DNA of 64,000 nucleotides from Vicugna vicugna. Its lineage: Eukaryota. Both the position numbers and the translations under genes were made by a program. The DNA lies in NCBI GenBank assembly GCA_013265495.1, contig MU058198.1:1872419-1936418 (forward strand). Reading direction: 5' to 3'. Each line of letters starts with the position of its first letter. Position 1 is the stretch's first letter. Positions 35,830 to 50,062 of this stretch are shown here, one piece after another. Under the pieces are notes generated by a model that saw nothing but the letters and a program-made list of their open reading frames with translations, made no database searches and had not been told where the DNA came from.

Positions 35830-37510
35830 TCATTGTGGATACTGGCCACCCTGTCCGACGACAAAATCAACGGAACAGAGTCACCTCATACAAAATCAAG
35901 CCCATGTCTTTGTGGGATTCGCCTTGTTGTTACTGTACTGAAGCCCGACTCTTCTCTCTCTCCAAATCTGCATCCTTTGCATCCCCACACAGGTGTTGCC
36001 CTCAAGAACACTCCTGCATGTTAATTTCCATCTCATGTAAACTACCTGGATGCTAACTTCTGTCTTAGAGTGTACCTCCCGGGGAATCTAACTAGTGATT
36101 GTTGGTACCCAAGTAGACTGAGAAAGCAGGTGGTAAGATGAAAGGTAGACTCTGGTGCAAGGAAGCAGTACAGTGTTCATAAATGATGAATTGGGGCGGT
36201 ATTCCAGGGGGAAGAATTGCATACTTGGTGCCATCTATTAAGCATTTTAAAATATTGGGAAAGCAGTAATTAGAGGGGCCATGGAATTGGGTGGATGTTG
36301 TTGGGAGAATTGATACATTGAAGATGGAAAATGAAAGGCTGTGTGTGATTAACCATCAGAAGCTAGCTGAAATATAGTGAGCCTCTGAAAGCATATAAAG
36401 GGATTTTCATTTCTAGCAACCAAAGAACAGAAAAGGCTGAGAACTAAGCCTTAGATTTAATCATAGGAACAGCAGAACTCTAGAGAAAGTTAAATTGCTA
36501 ATCTGGGCAGATGGGCTATCCCAGAATTGGGATCTTGACTGGGAAGAAATGAAACGTGGAGACACAGGATGGGAAACCTAGGACACGAAAGCCTCAAGTC
36601 CCATTTGTTCCTGAACCCTCAGTCTGCAGAAATGGCTCACTCCTCCCAATTAGGGGCTGATATTTCTTTCTCCTTTCCTTGAAGATGGTACAGTGACCTC
36701 TGCCTCACAAGACAGCCCACAACCCATTTTGGCCACTGAGAAAATAACTTGGATTATGTCACGAAAAGTGGTAGACAGCCTGCAAGGTAGCCTTCAGTGT
36801 CCCAGCATCTCCTGATTTTCATGGCTTTGAAGAGTTAACCTGTATGACCAGTCAAAAACTGCAGAAGTGACATAACTGCATTCTGAGGCTGTCACAAAAG
36901 TCACTGAGGCTTTTGCTTTGGTCTCTCACATTGTTTACTTTAGGAGAAGTCAGCTGCCATGTTATAAGGATGCTCAAGCAGTCACCTAAATGATGGAAGA
37001 GAAGCCAACACAGGATGAACGGAGTGCTCCCTTCAGTATCCAGCCCCAACTTGGCAGCCATGAGGGAGCTATTTTGAACGTGGATCCTCCAGTCTCAAAG
37101 TTTTCAGGTGTCTGTAGTTCTTGCCAACATTTTGAATGCAAAATCATGACAGACCCTGAGCCAAAGATGCCCAGTGGAGCATTTCTAAGGCCAGAAACTA
37201 CAAGAAAAATGAGTATTTACTTTTGCTTTAAGCCATTAAGTTTTGGTTAATTTGTTACTCAGCTTAAATATAACTTAAATATATTTTGGAACCTGGAAAT
37301 AGGATGCTTTCATAACAAAAAACTAATAACATGGGATTCATTTGGGAATTAAGAAGTGAGGAGAAACTGGAAGAACCTTGAGAAGAGTGTTGGCGAAAGC
37401 CTGAAGAGCCTAAAATGGTCTGTTAGCAGGAGCCCAGTGTTCATGGAGGTGGCTGCTACTGAACTGAAGAACTGTTACTGAAAGCTGGAAGAAAGAAGAT
37501 TCTTCTTACG
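35830..37510 (+). mobile_element. Cluster of ERVL/MaLR remnants (LTR16-like LTR + internal piece; MLT1-type LTR ~36765-37280 + internal piece)
   Basis: MLT1 3' signature ttgctttaagccattaagttttggttaatttgttactcagc; LTR16-like end tcttagagtgtacctcccggggaatctaac. Recognised from memory; boundaries approximate. Confidence 0.6.
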
Positions 37511-38477
37511 GAACAATAAAAAAAAAAAAAAGTCTGTCAAAAGCATTATGAGCTCCATTTTGGACACAGGAGTTTAGACATTCACCCAAGTAGGGATTTC
37601 AAATAAGCAGTTACACAAGCCTGTTACTTAGGTCGAGGGAGCAGATAGGATGGGGACACCTAGGGAGTAACAACACCAACTGCCATTTGAGGGAAAAAAG
37701 AAATAGCGTTTTCTTTTCTGTTACACAGGGGGCTTGCCTTTATTCATCAACAACGGAATATGTTGGAGGGAATGTATGCTTTAAATCTGAGTGAAATGGG
37801 CTTGAATCCCAATTCTTCTGTTTAAATATTATGTTTCTGAGGCTGTTTTTCACCTCATTTGCTTTAAAAATATAGCCAAAATCTTCATGCTAGTTTTTAT
37901 GGTGCCTGTGTCTGCTCCAGGTAAGTGAATATTTATATATCATCTCTCCTTGAAGGCACCTATCTTTTCATTGACTTAAAGCTAGTTGGTTGCCTAGAAA
38001 ATCTCACCTCTCTGATGAGTTTGAGAGAAGTTGTAATTCTGTAGATCATTTAGTTTCGTTTTTGCTAGGGCTGAGAGTGACGTTCTTTCCGTATTTTTGC
38101 ATCTTAAGCAGAAGCACTGGTAGTCTACACATCAGAAATTTTTAATTGGGAGTTCTCCAAATTAGGACAAAAACATTGACTGAAGAAGAGTGTGGCATTA
38201 TATGCTTCAAGACAGTAATTGAAACAGCAGGAATGCGTGAGATTGCTTAGGGGATATTTATAGATTTACTGTGAAATTCTGAAACTCATGTTATGCCCTC
38301 AGTTACCTTTTTTTTTCCTCTTCACTGTCTTATCCTTCTTACATTTTGATTTTTTTTTCCCTCATGAGATTGATTTTGTGGTATTGTTTTTTCTATACAT
38401 AGTTGATATTGAGTGCTTGTTCTTCCAAAGTCATAATGACAGATAAAGTTAATATTTGTGAGTTTTTCCCCCAACAG

Positions 38478-38607
38478 GAATTCCGAGAGAAGAACACTAC
38501 CAAAATAGCTGTAAAAGACTTAACTTTGAATTTGTATGAGGGGCAGATCACCATTCTTTTAGGACATAATGGGGCAGGAAAATCCACTACTCTGTCCATT
38601 CTCTCAG
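38478..38607 (+). CDS. Gene B coding exon 11 (NBD1 Walker A)
   Basis: EFREK...[33 protein letters not shown]; donor CAG|GTATGT. Confidence 0.97.
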
Positions 38608-39064
38608 GTATGTGTTCAGCACTGTTCAGAGAGTGTCCTCACACAGACACGGTAGACAGAGCTTATGAGGCTTCTGTATATCTCCTTGATGTTTATAGTT
38701 TAGTCGTTTCAGTGATACACAAAGCTGTTTAGTAATCACTTTTCATTTTAAGATGTAAATAACTTCCTGTGAGAGATACTAGATACCAGGTTTTTACAAA
38801 GACATCAAAATAACTATTATAAACATGTTCAAAGATCTGAAGGAAATCACGATTAAAGAAATAATGAAATGTCTGAAAATAATATCTCCTTATACAGAAA
38901 ATGTCAATACAAGATAGAACTTAGTTTAAAAAGAACCAAGTAGGAATTTGGGGGTTGAAAAGTACAATAACCAAAGTGAATAATTTATTGAAGACACACA
39001 ACGATAGATGTGAATTATAACAAGAAAGAATCAGTGATTTTGAAGATATTGTAAAATATTGAAA

Positions 39065-42000
39065 ACATGCCCAGTGCTATACAATACATCCTTGTACCTT
39101 ATTTATTTTTTACCTAGTAGTCTGTAGCTCTTAATCCCCTTCCCCTATATTACCCCTCCCCCGACCCTACTACCTACTACTAACCACTAGTTTGTTCTAT
39201 GAGTCTGTTTCTGTTTTATTATATTTATTTGTTTTATTTTTGATTCACTATATAGATAAAAGAATACAGCGCTTGTCTTTATCAATGTGACACTTCAACA
39301 AGCATATTACCTTCCAAGTCTATCCATGTTGTTGGAAATGGCAAAATTTCATTCTTTTCTATAGATGAGTAATATTCCTTTATGACATATATATCACCTT
39401 CTTTATCCGTTCATTTGTTGCTGGATACTTAGGATGCTTCCTTGCCTTGGCTGTTGTGAGTAATGCTGCAATGAGCATTGAGCTACATATATCTTTTCAA
39501 GTTAGTGTTTTTGGTTTCTTCAGATTTATACCCAGGAGTGGAATTGCTGGGTCTTATTGTGGTTCTATTTTTAGTTTTTAAAGGCATATTCATACTGTTT
39601 TCCATAGTGGCTGAACCAATTTACTCTTCTACTAAAGGCATCCTAAGGTTCCCTTTTCTCCACATCCTCGCCAACATTTATTATTTGACCCACGAGAGCC
39701 ATTCTGGCAGATGTGAGGTGACACCTCATTGTGGTCTTGACTTGCGTTTTCCCGATGATAGGTGATGTTGAGCATCTTTTCATATGCCTGTTGGCCACCT
39801 GTATGATTTCCCTGGGAAAATGTCTACTCAGGTCTTCTGCCCATTTTTAAGTTGTTTTCTTTTTTTGTAATTGAGTGGTATCCTCTTTATATATTTTGGA
39901 TATTAACCCCTTATCAGACATATTATTTAAAATATTTTCTCCCATTCAGTGGGTTGTCTTTTTATTTTGTTGATGGTTTCCTTTGCTGTTCAAAAACATT
40001 TAACTTTAATTAGGTCACATTTGTTTATTTTTGGTTTAATTTCCCTTGCCTGATGAGACAGATCCAAAAACCTTTGTTAAGGATCCTGTTGAAAAAGTGT
40101 ACTGCCTAGGAGTTTTATGGTTTTTGGCCCTACGTTTATGTCTTTAATCCTTACTGATATTTTTCTGTCTGGATGGCTTGTCCATTGATATCAGTGGGGT
40201 GTTAAAGGCTCCTGTTATTATTGTATTATTGTCTATTTCTCCTTTTATGTCTGTTAGTACTTGCTTTATATATTTAGGTGCTCCTGTATTGTATGTGTAT
40301 ATGTTAACAAGAGCAGTATCCTCTTCTTGTGTTGATTCCCTTCATTATTATATAATTGCTCTTCTTTGTCTTTTGTCTTATACTTTGTTTAAGTCTATTT
40401 TGTCTGATATGAGTTTTTACCGCCCCAGACTTTTTTGTTATTTCTATTTGAATGAAATACCTTTTTCATCCTCTTTCTTTGGTCAGTATGTGCATTCAGC
40501 TCTGAAGTGAGTCTTTTGTCAGCAGTGTATAAATGAGCTTTGTTTTTCATCCAGTCAACCACATTTGCTTTTGATTGGAGCATTTAGTCCATTGACATTT
40601 AAAGCAATTATTGATAGGTATGTACTTGCTGCTCTTTCGTTCCTTGTTGTCTGTTGTTTTAGTAGTTCTTCTCTGTTTTGTTTTTTTTTTCTTCTTTTTT
40701 AAGTTTATTCCTTGTGATTTGATTATTTTCTTTTGTGGTATGTGTGTGTTCCCTTCTCTCTAGTTTATGTATGTCTATTGTAGGTTTATGATTTGTGGTC
40801 TCTAAGGAGTTCATGTTTGTTCACCTATAACTATATCTTCATGTTTTAAACTGATAGTCATTTAGTTTAACAATCTTTGTCTTTGAACCTTTGTACTAGC
40901 TTATTTAAGTGGTTGATCCATAGCTCTCACCATATATTTGCTTTCACTAGTAGGATTTTCCCCTTCCTATATTTTGTTATTTCTTGTTTTAGCCTTTCTT
41001 TTTCACTTGAGGAAGACCCCTTAGCATTTCTTTTAAACTCATTTTAAAACTCCTTCAGTTTTTGCTTGTCTGAGCAGCTCTTTATCTCACTTTCATTTCT
41101 GAATGATAACCTTGCTAGGTAGAATGTCTTAGGCCGTAGGTTTTTTTCTTTTCAGCACTTTAAATACAAAAACTTTAATTGCAAAGTTTCCGCTGGAAAA
41201 TCAGCTGATAGCCTTATGGGGGTTCCCTTACATGTACTTTTTGTTTTCCTCTTGCTGCCTTGGTGATTCTCTCTTTATCTTTTGCTATTTTAATTACATG
41301 TCTTGGTGTCAGTCTCTTTAAGTTCATCTTGTTTGTGACTCTCTCTACCTTCCGTAACTAGATATCTGTTTCCTTCTTTAGGTTTGAGGTGTTTTCAGTC
41401 ATAATTTCATCAGATTCATTTTCTACCCTTTTCTCTGTCTCTTCTCCTTCTGGATCCCTTGTAAGGTGAATGTTAGTATGCTTGATGTTGTTCCAGAGGT
41501 CTTAAACTATTCTCATTTTTTAAAAAGTTGTTTTTCTTTTTGCTGTCCTGATGGGGTGATTTCCATTTTCTATCTTCCAGATTTCTTATACGTCTTTCTG
41601 TATTACTCAGTCTTCCATTAATTCCTTCCAGGGTATTTTTCATTTCAGTTATTGTATTATTCAGCTCTGATTGTTTAATTTTTTTTTCTAGTTCCTTATT
41701 AAAATTCTCACTGTGTTTATTTTTTTCTCTAGCTCAGTTAGTATTCTTATTACTAATCTTGTATTTGTTATCAGGAAAATCATTTATCTCTGGTTTATTA
41801 AGGACTTTTTGAAGGGTTTTTCCCTGTTCCTTTGTTTGAGATATGTACCTGTTGTTCTCATATTGTTTAGCTTTTTCTATCTGTATGAAATTAGATCAGT
41901 CACCTTCCCAGTCTTCTAGACATATCCTTGTGTGGGAGTGTCCCTATGTAGACTGTGTACTTCAGCTTTGGTGGGAGAGCTGGATCTGAAGTGAGTATGG

Positions 42001-43130
42001 ACTGTGCCTCCTGCTGGGGTGTGCTGGCAGCCACCACCTTGGTGGGTTGTAGGGTTAGAGCTGAAAGGCAAAAGCCGCAGCCAGGTGCAAGCCATGGTTT
42101 CTCCTATGCTCACTGGGCATCACTGCCCTATTGAGGGCGTAGATAAGAACTGAGGGGCTGTAACAGTATCGCTGATAGAGCTCAGTTTCTCCCAGGTATG
42201 ACAGAAGTCTCTGCCATGGCTTGGGACTTGGTCAGGGCCTGAAGACTTGTAGCTACACTTCTGTGCTGGTTTCACTTTTTTCCCAGTGTGGGTGCAACTT
42301 GGTTAGAGGCTTGATCAGGGACGGAGAGGTTGGTGCCCCATGAGCGATCCCCACCCCCTCCCAGGTAGGTACAAGGATGCTTGCTCTGGCAATGGCGGTC
42401 CCCATCCTGGAGCTAGTTTCATTCCCTCCAGAGTGTGAGCAGCAATGTGTGACTCGGTGATGATTGCCTCTGCTTTGGTCAGAGGCAGTTTCGAGGTCTG
42501 AGCTGGCTCCATTTCCTCCAAATGTATGCACTCTCAAGTAGCCTCCAAATTAGTGGGGAACAGTGCCAGAGTAAGACGGCTGGAACAGAAGCCTGGTCTG
42601 GGCTGAGGTGCATGCTGAGCAGTCTTGGTAAGACCAAGCCATAGTCCCAGTCAGTTTTCAATCTGCTGCTCTTTCTGGGACTGAGAGTAAGGAATTCTGT
42701 GCACGTGCTCTCCAAGAGTTAGGTCTCAGTTTCTTATAGTTGTCTGGTAAGACTCTCTGGTTTTCAAACCAGCTAAGGGGCTCATCTTCCCAGTGCTGGG
42801 GCCCAGGACTGACATGCTTAATATGTGGCTCAAGCCTCTTGCTCCCCAGAGAGGAACTTTGAGCCTGTGATATCCCCTGTTCTTCTTTGTCCCCTGTCAG
42901 GGATATGGGTCCTGACCAGATCACTTCTCCCTTCATACCAGATTCTGTGTGGATCTTTCTTTAGTCTTGGATTTAGAAGAGCTGTTTGGCTAGTTCCAGG
43001 GTTGATTTTGGTGAGAGTTGTGCTTTATGTGTGTGTGTGTGTGTGTGAGTGTGTGTGTATAGTTGTAAGTTTGCTGTGTTCGTGAGCAGAGGTGAGTCCA
43101 ACATCCTGCTGGTCTGTTTTCTTTCTCCCC
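39065..43130 (-). mobile_element. Internally deleted L1 (3'UTR, ORF2 ends, ORF1, 5'UTR)
   Basis: Antisense 3' end (cccaggagtggaattgctgg), endonuclease start (ttgattggagcatttagtccattgacatttaa), ORF1 similar to 26660-27715, GC-richer 5'UTR with (GT)n near 43030-43060. Confidence 0.85.
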
Positions 43131-43602
43131 CTATTATCCTATTATTTAAGTATTTTAAAACTATTTTAGGTTACAATTTGTTATCTCCCTCAACTAGAAT
43201 TTAAATTCTACAAAGACAACAGTTTTATTGACTGGATCTTTAAGATTTACTATGGTCAGCTACAATATAATTCTTAAATATAGTCAAATGGCTGCTGGCA
43301 ATGCTGGAATGTTCTGATAATAAACTCTTTAGTGTTTGTATTACCTTGATTTCCACTCATTTACACTTGTTGAAAATTAAAGCATACAGTTAATTAAACA
43401 AAAATAAAAAATAAATTATTTCTAATTTTATTACTTCAAAGATAACAATTGGTATTTTCTAAATTTTTCTTCTCTGTGAGAAATTGCTAATTCTAATGAG
43501 TAATCCATAAATAGATTTCAAATTTGAGGTGCTAATGAACAAGTTTTAGTCATGCTCCCTCATGAAAGCTAAGCTTCTGTCATATCTTCTGCTTGATTCT
43601 AG

Positions 43603-43757
43603 GTCTTTGTCTTCCTACCAACGGAGAGGCCTATGTTAATGGATATGACATCTCAAAGCAGATGGTCCAGATCAGGAAAAGCTTGGGCTTGTGTCCCCAG
43701 CAGGATTTATTGTTTAATTACTTGACAGTATCAGAACACCTTTATTTCTATTCTGTG
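43603..43757 (+). CDS. Gene B coding exon 12 (Q-loop)
   Basis: (G)[17 protein letters not shown]...[25 protein letters not shown]; donor GTG|GTGAGC. Confidence 0.96.
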
Positions 43758-43992
43758 GTGAGCCAAAGATACGTTTATTTTTGCCACTCTATTCATGTCC
43801 TTAAGGTAGATAACTATCAATATCCTTATTCTTAGAAAGTTTAAAGATTGATTTTTGATAAATTCTCCTTTAAACATAAATACAGGCAAAGGGAAGAAGA
43901 CCCTGTATAAATGATGTAAGAAAACAGCTGGTGTAGAATGTTTCTAAGGATAAAGTTGGAAGCAACATGTGAATTCTGGCTCCTCTTTCCAG

Positions 43993-44148
43993 ATAAAAGG
44001 AATCCCTCGAAAGATGCGTCTTACAGAGACAAACAAGATGCTCTCTACTTTTAACTTGCTAAAAAAGCGTAATGCATTTTCAATGTCACTGAGTGGAGGA
44101 ATGAAGCGCAGACTCTCCATCATTATAGCCCTTATAGGGGACTCAAAG
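43993..44148 (+). CDS. Gene B coding exon 13 (ABC signature)
   Basis: IKGIP...SLSGGMKRRLSIIIALIGDSK; donor AAG|GTAAAA. Confidence 0.95.
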
Positions 44149-44500
44149 GTAAAAAAAAAAAAAAAGAAAGAAAGAAAAAGAAAAAAGCACTGATCTCCAC
44201 TAAAGGTTGCTTAAAAAGTCAGCTGACACAAATCTGAGAGCTGATAAAGGTCTAACACTCTAAAACGAACCTTCCAGATGAAATCCCAGATGGGATTGAC
44301 ACTACCAACCTAGTTGGTATAAAATGGTCACAGATTTGGAATTACTCCACCATTCTTAATTCAGTTTTAGTCTGAACTTCTTATCATAGGTTAAATTAGA
44401 CACGTGATTGAAAAAGCAAAATCCTGTGACTGGTAAGACCTGAATGGCACTAGTACATAAAATTTAATGTTGTTCATGGAATTGTTCTTTTGGACTTTAG

Positions 44501-44711
44501 GTGGTGATACTTGACGAACCAACATCTGGCATGGACCCAGCCTCAAGGAGGGCCACCTGGGATCTCCTTCAGCATTACAAGCAGGGTCGTACCATCTTCC
44601 TGACCACCCACTACATGGATGAAGCTGACGTCCTGGGTGACCGAATTGCCATCATGATTGAGGGATCCCTGCGGTGCTGCGGCTCTTCAGTCTTCCTAAA
44701 AAAAATATATG
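44501..44711 (+). CDS. Gene B coding exon 14 (Walker B, D-loop, H-loop)
   Basis: [23 protein letters not shown]...[18 protein letters not shown]...FLKKIY; donor G|GTGTCT. Confidence 0.96.
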
Positions 44712-45799
44712 GTGTCTCTCCCTTTGACCATTCTTTGTATATTGATGTCCTAACATTCTTCTAACATGATTATCATAGATATTGATGTCTTGTTAATATT
44801 ATTCTAACATAATTTGAACTTTTTTTAACTATCTACCCGAAACTTCAATGATTCCCTCTGTCCTATAAGTTGAGGCTTAACTATGAGCCCTTTGAAATAA
44901 TGATCTTATTTTAGTTCTTCAAAAGTATTTCCCACTACATTTTATTGTATTATCCAAATTTTGTGTTCATTTCTTCCATTTAGCTTCTACTTAAATTGTA
45001 ATTTGTTCGACTGCAGTTGTGCCTTCAATGAAATTGATAGAAATGTGGATAGATGAGAGATAGATAGATGATTGATAGGTAGATAGCAGATGGGTGATGA
45101 ATAGACAAATAGAAAAATTAATGGATTATTGGGAAAATGTAGAGAAGCAGATAATCTCCAGGGCCCTCAAGGACTTGGTAAAAAAATTTCAGTTCTGATA
45201 ACTCAGGCAAGGCCAAAAGAACTGAGAGAAATATCTCTGAGGGTACATTAGTCCTTCACTGCAATGGTGCTTCAAGAGCGCAGGAGAGGGCTGCAGGGTG
45301 GAAATAAATCATCAAAGGTGAAGGAAACAGTGCAGAGATGAAGAGCAAAGAGGATTTGTCAGAGCCAAAAAACTAGAAACTCTACTGTAGCTTAAAGAGG
45401 TCTCTATGAGCTCATCCATGCACAGATCCCCTGTCTTCTGGAAGGTGCACTAGTGAAGGTACGGAGTACTCTGGAAAGATTTCTCAGGTCTCTGAAGAAA
45501 AGAATTTTTATCTGATTTATAATGAATACCTGTTTAATGTATATTAACCTTGTCTTCTCATATTTCAGTGTCAATAGGACAAGAGGCCAGATAATAGAGG
45601 CTTTTCATTCTATTTCTGTTCTATTGGTCCCTAAGAAAATTAATGAAATTATAGAAAAAGTGTTATTAAGCTCCTTAGGCTTATAATCAAATAATTTGTG
45701 ACATGCTCAGTCTTCTTCTAGCTCACTCAAACCATGGAACACCAAGTGCAGTCTCACAAGAATATAGGAAGTACCAATTGTCTTATTTGTTCTTCTCAG

Positions 45800-45950
45800 G
45801 TGTGGGATACCATATAATCATGGTGAAGGAACCTCACTGTGATATCGAAGAAATCTCCAAATTGATTTATTATCATATACCAACAGCCACGTTGGAGAAG
45901 AATGTTAGAAATGAATTATCTTTTATTCTACCTAAAGAGTATACACACAG
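45800..45950 (+). CDS. Gene B coding exon 15 (R1 domain)
   Basis: (G)VGYHIIMVKEPHCD...ELSFILPKEYTH; donor CAG|GTATGG, phase 2. Confidence 0.95.
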
Positions 45951-48046
45951 GTATGGATTCAGAGAGTGCTAAATGATTGATGTTTAGATAAGCAGGAATT
46001 ATCATTGCTTTTCTGAGTTTCTTCAAGCTTTGCAAGCAAATTAACAAGACAAATCCAATCACTTGCATTTTAGAGAGGAATGCCACCTAGTGCCTATGGC
46101 TGCCTGTTTTTAATTGGTGGTAACTGATGATATGTTGTTGATAGAGTAAAACTTGCATGGTGAGTGGAGTAAATAGAAATATTAAGACAATGAGAGAGAA
46201 AACAAAATGTCTTTAGTGGTGGCTTTTGAAGCGAGAGGGGCAAGAATCCAGAGGAAATAGGCAGCTTGATAGCCAAGTTATTCATCAAAGGGAGTCACAA
46301 AAATTATAACTCCACCTGAAATAAGCATCCTAAAAAATATGGAAACCAAGATTACTCATCAGTGACTTTTAAAGTATGATATTTTAATCTTCTTGTATAT
46401 GTAATATATACACATGTTACTAGTTATTAAATATGCATATGTCCAAAATATGTAATATATAATACTTCTTATAATAATATGTAATACTTGCTTTGATATT
46501 CCCTAGAGTAGAGTCAGTTGTCGTAATCAAGAAGAATATGAGGGGCTTTAACTTCTCCTTTTTTAGTAAAAAGAAGAATGTATCAAAAAGGAGGGGGCGG
46601 AAAAAAGAAGCTGCATTATTTGAACTTTGTTTATTTCGTGAATCCTAAAGTTCTTGGGAATCAGCAGCATGGAACAGTGTGATCAGTTGGCAGAATAGGA
46701 CCAGGACGCTACATAAGCCGAAATGAAAGAATAAAATAGCATGGAGGATTTAGAAGTTAAAATTCTAACATGCATTGTCAGAGATGAATGGTAGTTGACT
46801 CATTCAGAAAAGGTGGGAATCAGGTGGTGGCTTTGTCCCCATTGTGATAGTCAAGATCCATGTAAAACTGAAGAATCTATCTGAGGGAGACGTAAAGATA
46901 AAACACTTGCTGAAACTTATCACACTACCTGCTCATCCTCATTCACATGGACACAAATAACATTCTCAAAAGAATGTCTTTAAAACAGGAAATAAAAGTA
47001 TTCAGAAGCCGATGTTTTATCATGTTTATTATATAATATCTTCTTCATGTTTACATTTATAATAATTTAATAGTTTATTATTTTCTTATATTTAGAAATA
47101 GATAATGTTTTTCATGTCTATTTACTGGTCATTTGGACTTGGAAGACAGAGTATGTTAGAAGATCCAAGAAGTGAACTAATCGTAGATTGCTAGGTTCAG
47201 AATAATAGAATCACTACAAAATAAAATGAAAATCAAGAAATTAGGGCAGAACGTGTTTTCTGTAATGGACAGTTTTAAACTAAGTAGTAGGAAGAATAAA
47301 TTATAAGAAAAAGAAATGCCTGTGGATCCAGTTATTTCAGCGTATAATATGAAAAGAATGTAATGATGGTTAAATTCTTAGTGATTCCCATTCCAGCTAA
47401 AATTTCGATAGTTAATAGTAATTGAGTGCTTACTTTTTGCCAGACATTGGTCTAAGCTGTACTTATTTACCTGAATAAATAATAAAGAAGAAAAAAAGAA
47501 ATAAATTTTAATTGCATATACCTCTATTCTTATTCATTGAATGTATCTCACAAGAAAAGTAATTCTGAAATTTTAAATCAGTATTGTAACTTGTAAAACA
47601 ATGCTGAGACTTATTAGAATGAAACTTAGGTTTAGAATATGGCAGTGGAATCACGTGCAATATTCCAGAGTAATGGACATGTAAAAGAGGTATCAGAATA
47701 GTGTGCTTATCAGGGAATATTCATATGCTTAAAGCTAATTAGAGGATGTAAGTATGCACGAAAACCACTGGACAGCAACAGAAGTTGAAAGAAGCAAATT
47801 AAATGATTAACAAATCATTTTGTGAAACTCCTGCAAGTAAAAAGGAGAAAATGTGTTAATATGTTCCTGATACAAGGTTTAAGCAAAATAACATAGTAAA
47901 GGGTAATTCAATTATAGACTTGTACCACGTTTTATTTACCTCAAAGTAGGTCTCCTGAAGCACCCCTGACTTTCCTTGGCAACAATTACACCTTCTCCTC
48001 TTCTTCTTCTCCTTCTTCTTTTCTTCTTATTCTTATCTTATTCTAG

Positions 48047-48145
48047 GTTTGGAGTTCTGTTTACTGATTTGGAAAAGAGACAGAAAGAGCTGGGCATAGC
48101 TAGCTTCGATGCCTCTATCACTAGCATGGAAGAAGTCTTCCTTCG
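48047..48145 (+). CDS. Gene B coding exon 16
   Basis: (R)[32 protein letters not shown]; long CTT-rich pyrimidine tract upstream; donor CG|GTGAGC; absent from the ORF track. Confidence 0.94.
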
Positions 48146-48646
48146 GTGAGCAGCAAGGCACAGATAAAATGAAAACCTTGTGGGAAAAGTACCACATCTT
48201 AGTCACCTTTGTAAATCCACCACACTTTCAGATTTATGTTAGAAAATTAAGAGGAATGAGGGGATGGAACTGACAGGTGTTTTTTTTTTAAACAATAAGA
48301 ACAGTGAAAAAATATTATCATTATTGGTTTTTAAAAGAATGACTATTTAACTTGCCCATTAGTTGCTAATGTTTAAACTGAATGAGTTCAGCTTAATGAA
48401 ACACTCATTACATTGCCCTCATTTTCCTAACTTTACTATGGTCTAGCAGCAGTCTTGTGACTGGTGTTTGGGAAGCACTGCTCTACGATAGTTACCAGGA
48501 TGCCTCCATGTAATACTCCTACCAGTCAGTAAGCAAACCAAGGAGTCTTCTGAGTTGGGTGTTGTGACTCACATTCTCCAAACAAGATACGTTGAGACAG
48601 AGTTGAAATGAAATGCTTTGCTTTTTTTTTTTTTTTTTGGATGTAG

Positions 48647-48815
48647 GGTCAGTAATATGGAAGATTCAGAGACAGATATTCAAGCTACCCAACCTCATCC
48701 TCCCTCCCCAATGAATCAAGTCTCAGTCAAGAACCAGAATAGGAATATGTCCAGAAATGAGAGAGCAGATTCCTCCACGATGAATGAAAGCCCTGCTGTT
48801 ACGTTTAACACGGGG
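48647..48815 (+). CDS. Gene B coding exon 17 (linker)
   Basis: (R)VSNMEDSETDIQA...VTFNTG; donor GGG|GTAAGC. Confidence 0.9.
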
Positions 48816-49379
48816 GTAAGCACCTTTGCTAAGACACCTAATGTATCTGTGCTTGGGGTGCAAGAGGCACATTTTGTTTTGACACTTGAACGACAGGAGT
48901 GTGGAGTTTTCAGCCATTGCAGACCCAACCAGACTCAAGCAGTCTGTACCACAACCTCGTTAACTTCCTAACGCAGAAGTGATACGTTCTACATAAAGAT
49001 CTCAGCTGTCATTCTCACCATTGCTATTCCTCAGTTTCATTCTGTTTTAATTTTTTTTCGCATTTATAATCCAGAGATTTGTTAGTTCATTGAATCTGGA
49101 GTGAGCATCTGTTTTAATAATTAAGCATGCACAATATTTTAAGTTTTTGTGATGGGAACTGACATTGCATGAAAAATCATTCCTAATCAGTATGATCCTA
49201 AGCATAGGAAGTCTCCCCAAGCAGCCTATCATTTATTTCATTCTCTTAATTGTCTATTCCTCCTATAAAGCACCCTGGTTTTCTTGGCAGTCGGGAGCCT
49301 AAGGAAAATCATCTTGTTGAGATTTTTAAGTATTTATATCAAAAGTCAGATCTTAAACATTTTATTTAATACCTTATAG

Positions 49380-49567
49380 CAAAGGTCAGCAAATGATATA
49401 TAAAAGGATAATAAATATGTAAGGCTTCGTGGGCCATATGGTTGCATAATCACTCAACCCTGTCATTGTAGCACAAAAGCAACCATAGACAATACAGAAA
49501 TGCATGGGTATAGCTGTGTTCTAATAAAACTTTGTTTAAAAAAAACAGTCCAGTTTGTTGACTTCTG
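49380..49567. mobile_element. MER58-like hAT MITE
   Basis: TIRs CAAAGGTCAGCAAA / TTTGTTGACTTCTG; 8-bp TSD CCTTATAG / CCTTATAC. Confidence 0.85.
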
Positions 49568-49758
49568 CCTTATACAAGCAAAAGACTGATAATACTATCA
49601 TGTGTTACGCTTAGATTCTATTCCAAGTATTATCTGTATAAACTTTATGTAGCTTGTACCATAAAATTCCAAAGTGTTCATCTTAATGAATTTCAACATG
49701 AATGACTTTTTTAGGTCTATGAATACTGTAATGTTATGTTTCTCTCTTCTTTCTTTAG

Positions 49759-50062
49759 TATCCCCTCTACCACCAGCAGTTCCGTGCCATGTTCATGAAG
49801 AGAGTGATGTTCAGTTGGCGCAACTGGAATCTAATTTTGCTACAGATACTGGCACTTCTAGGTTCCCTTATCTTTCTTCTCTCAGAGGTTGATATTTTTT
49901 CACGTAATAATGACGAGAAGGCCAGACAAATGGACTTGGGCCAATATGGTCAAACTATTGTGCCTATATCTATTTCTGGGAATTCCAATTTGACTCTGAT
50001 TTTCTTGCAACATCTTAAGAGTATGCTAGAGTCTGAAAAACAAACACTCAGGGAAGTACAAG
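49759..50062 (+). CDS. Gene B coding exon 18 (TM7, ECD2 start)
   Basis: YPLYHQQFRAMFMKRVMFSWRNW...QYGQTIVP...EVQ; donor AG|GTAAGG. Confidence 0.94.
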
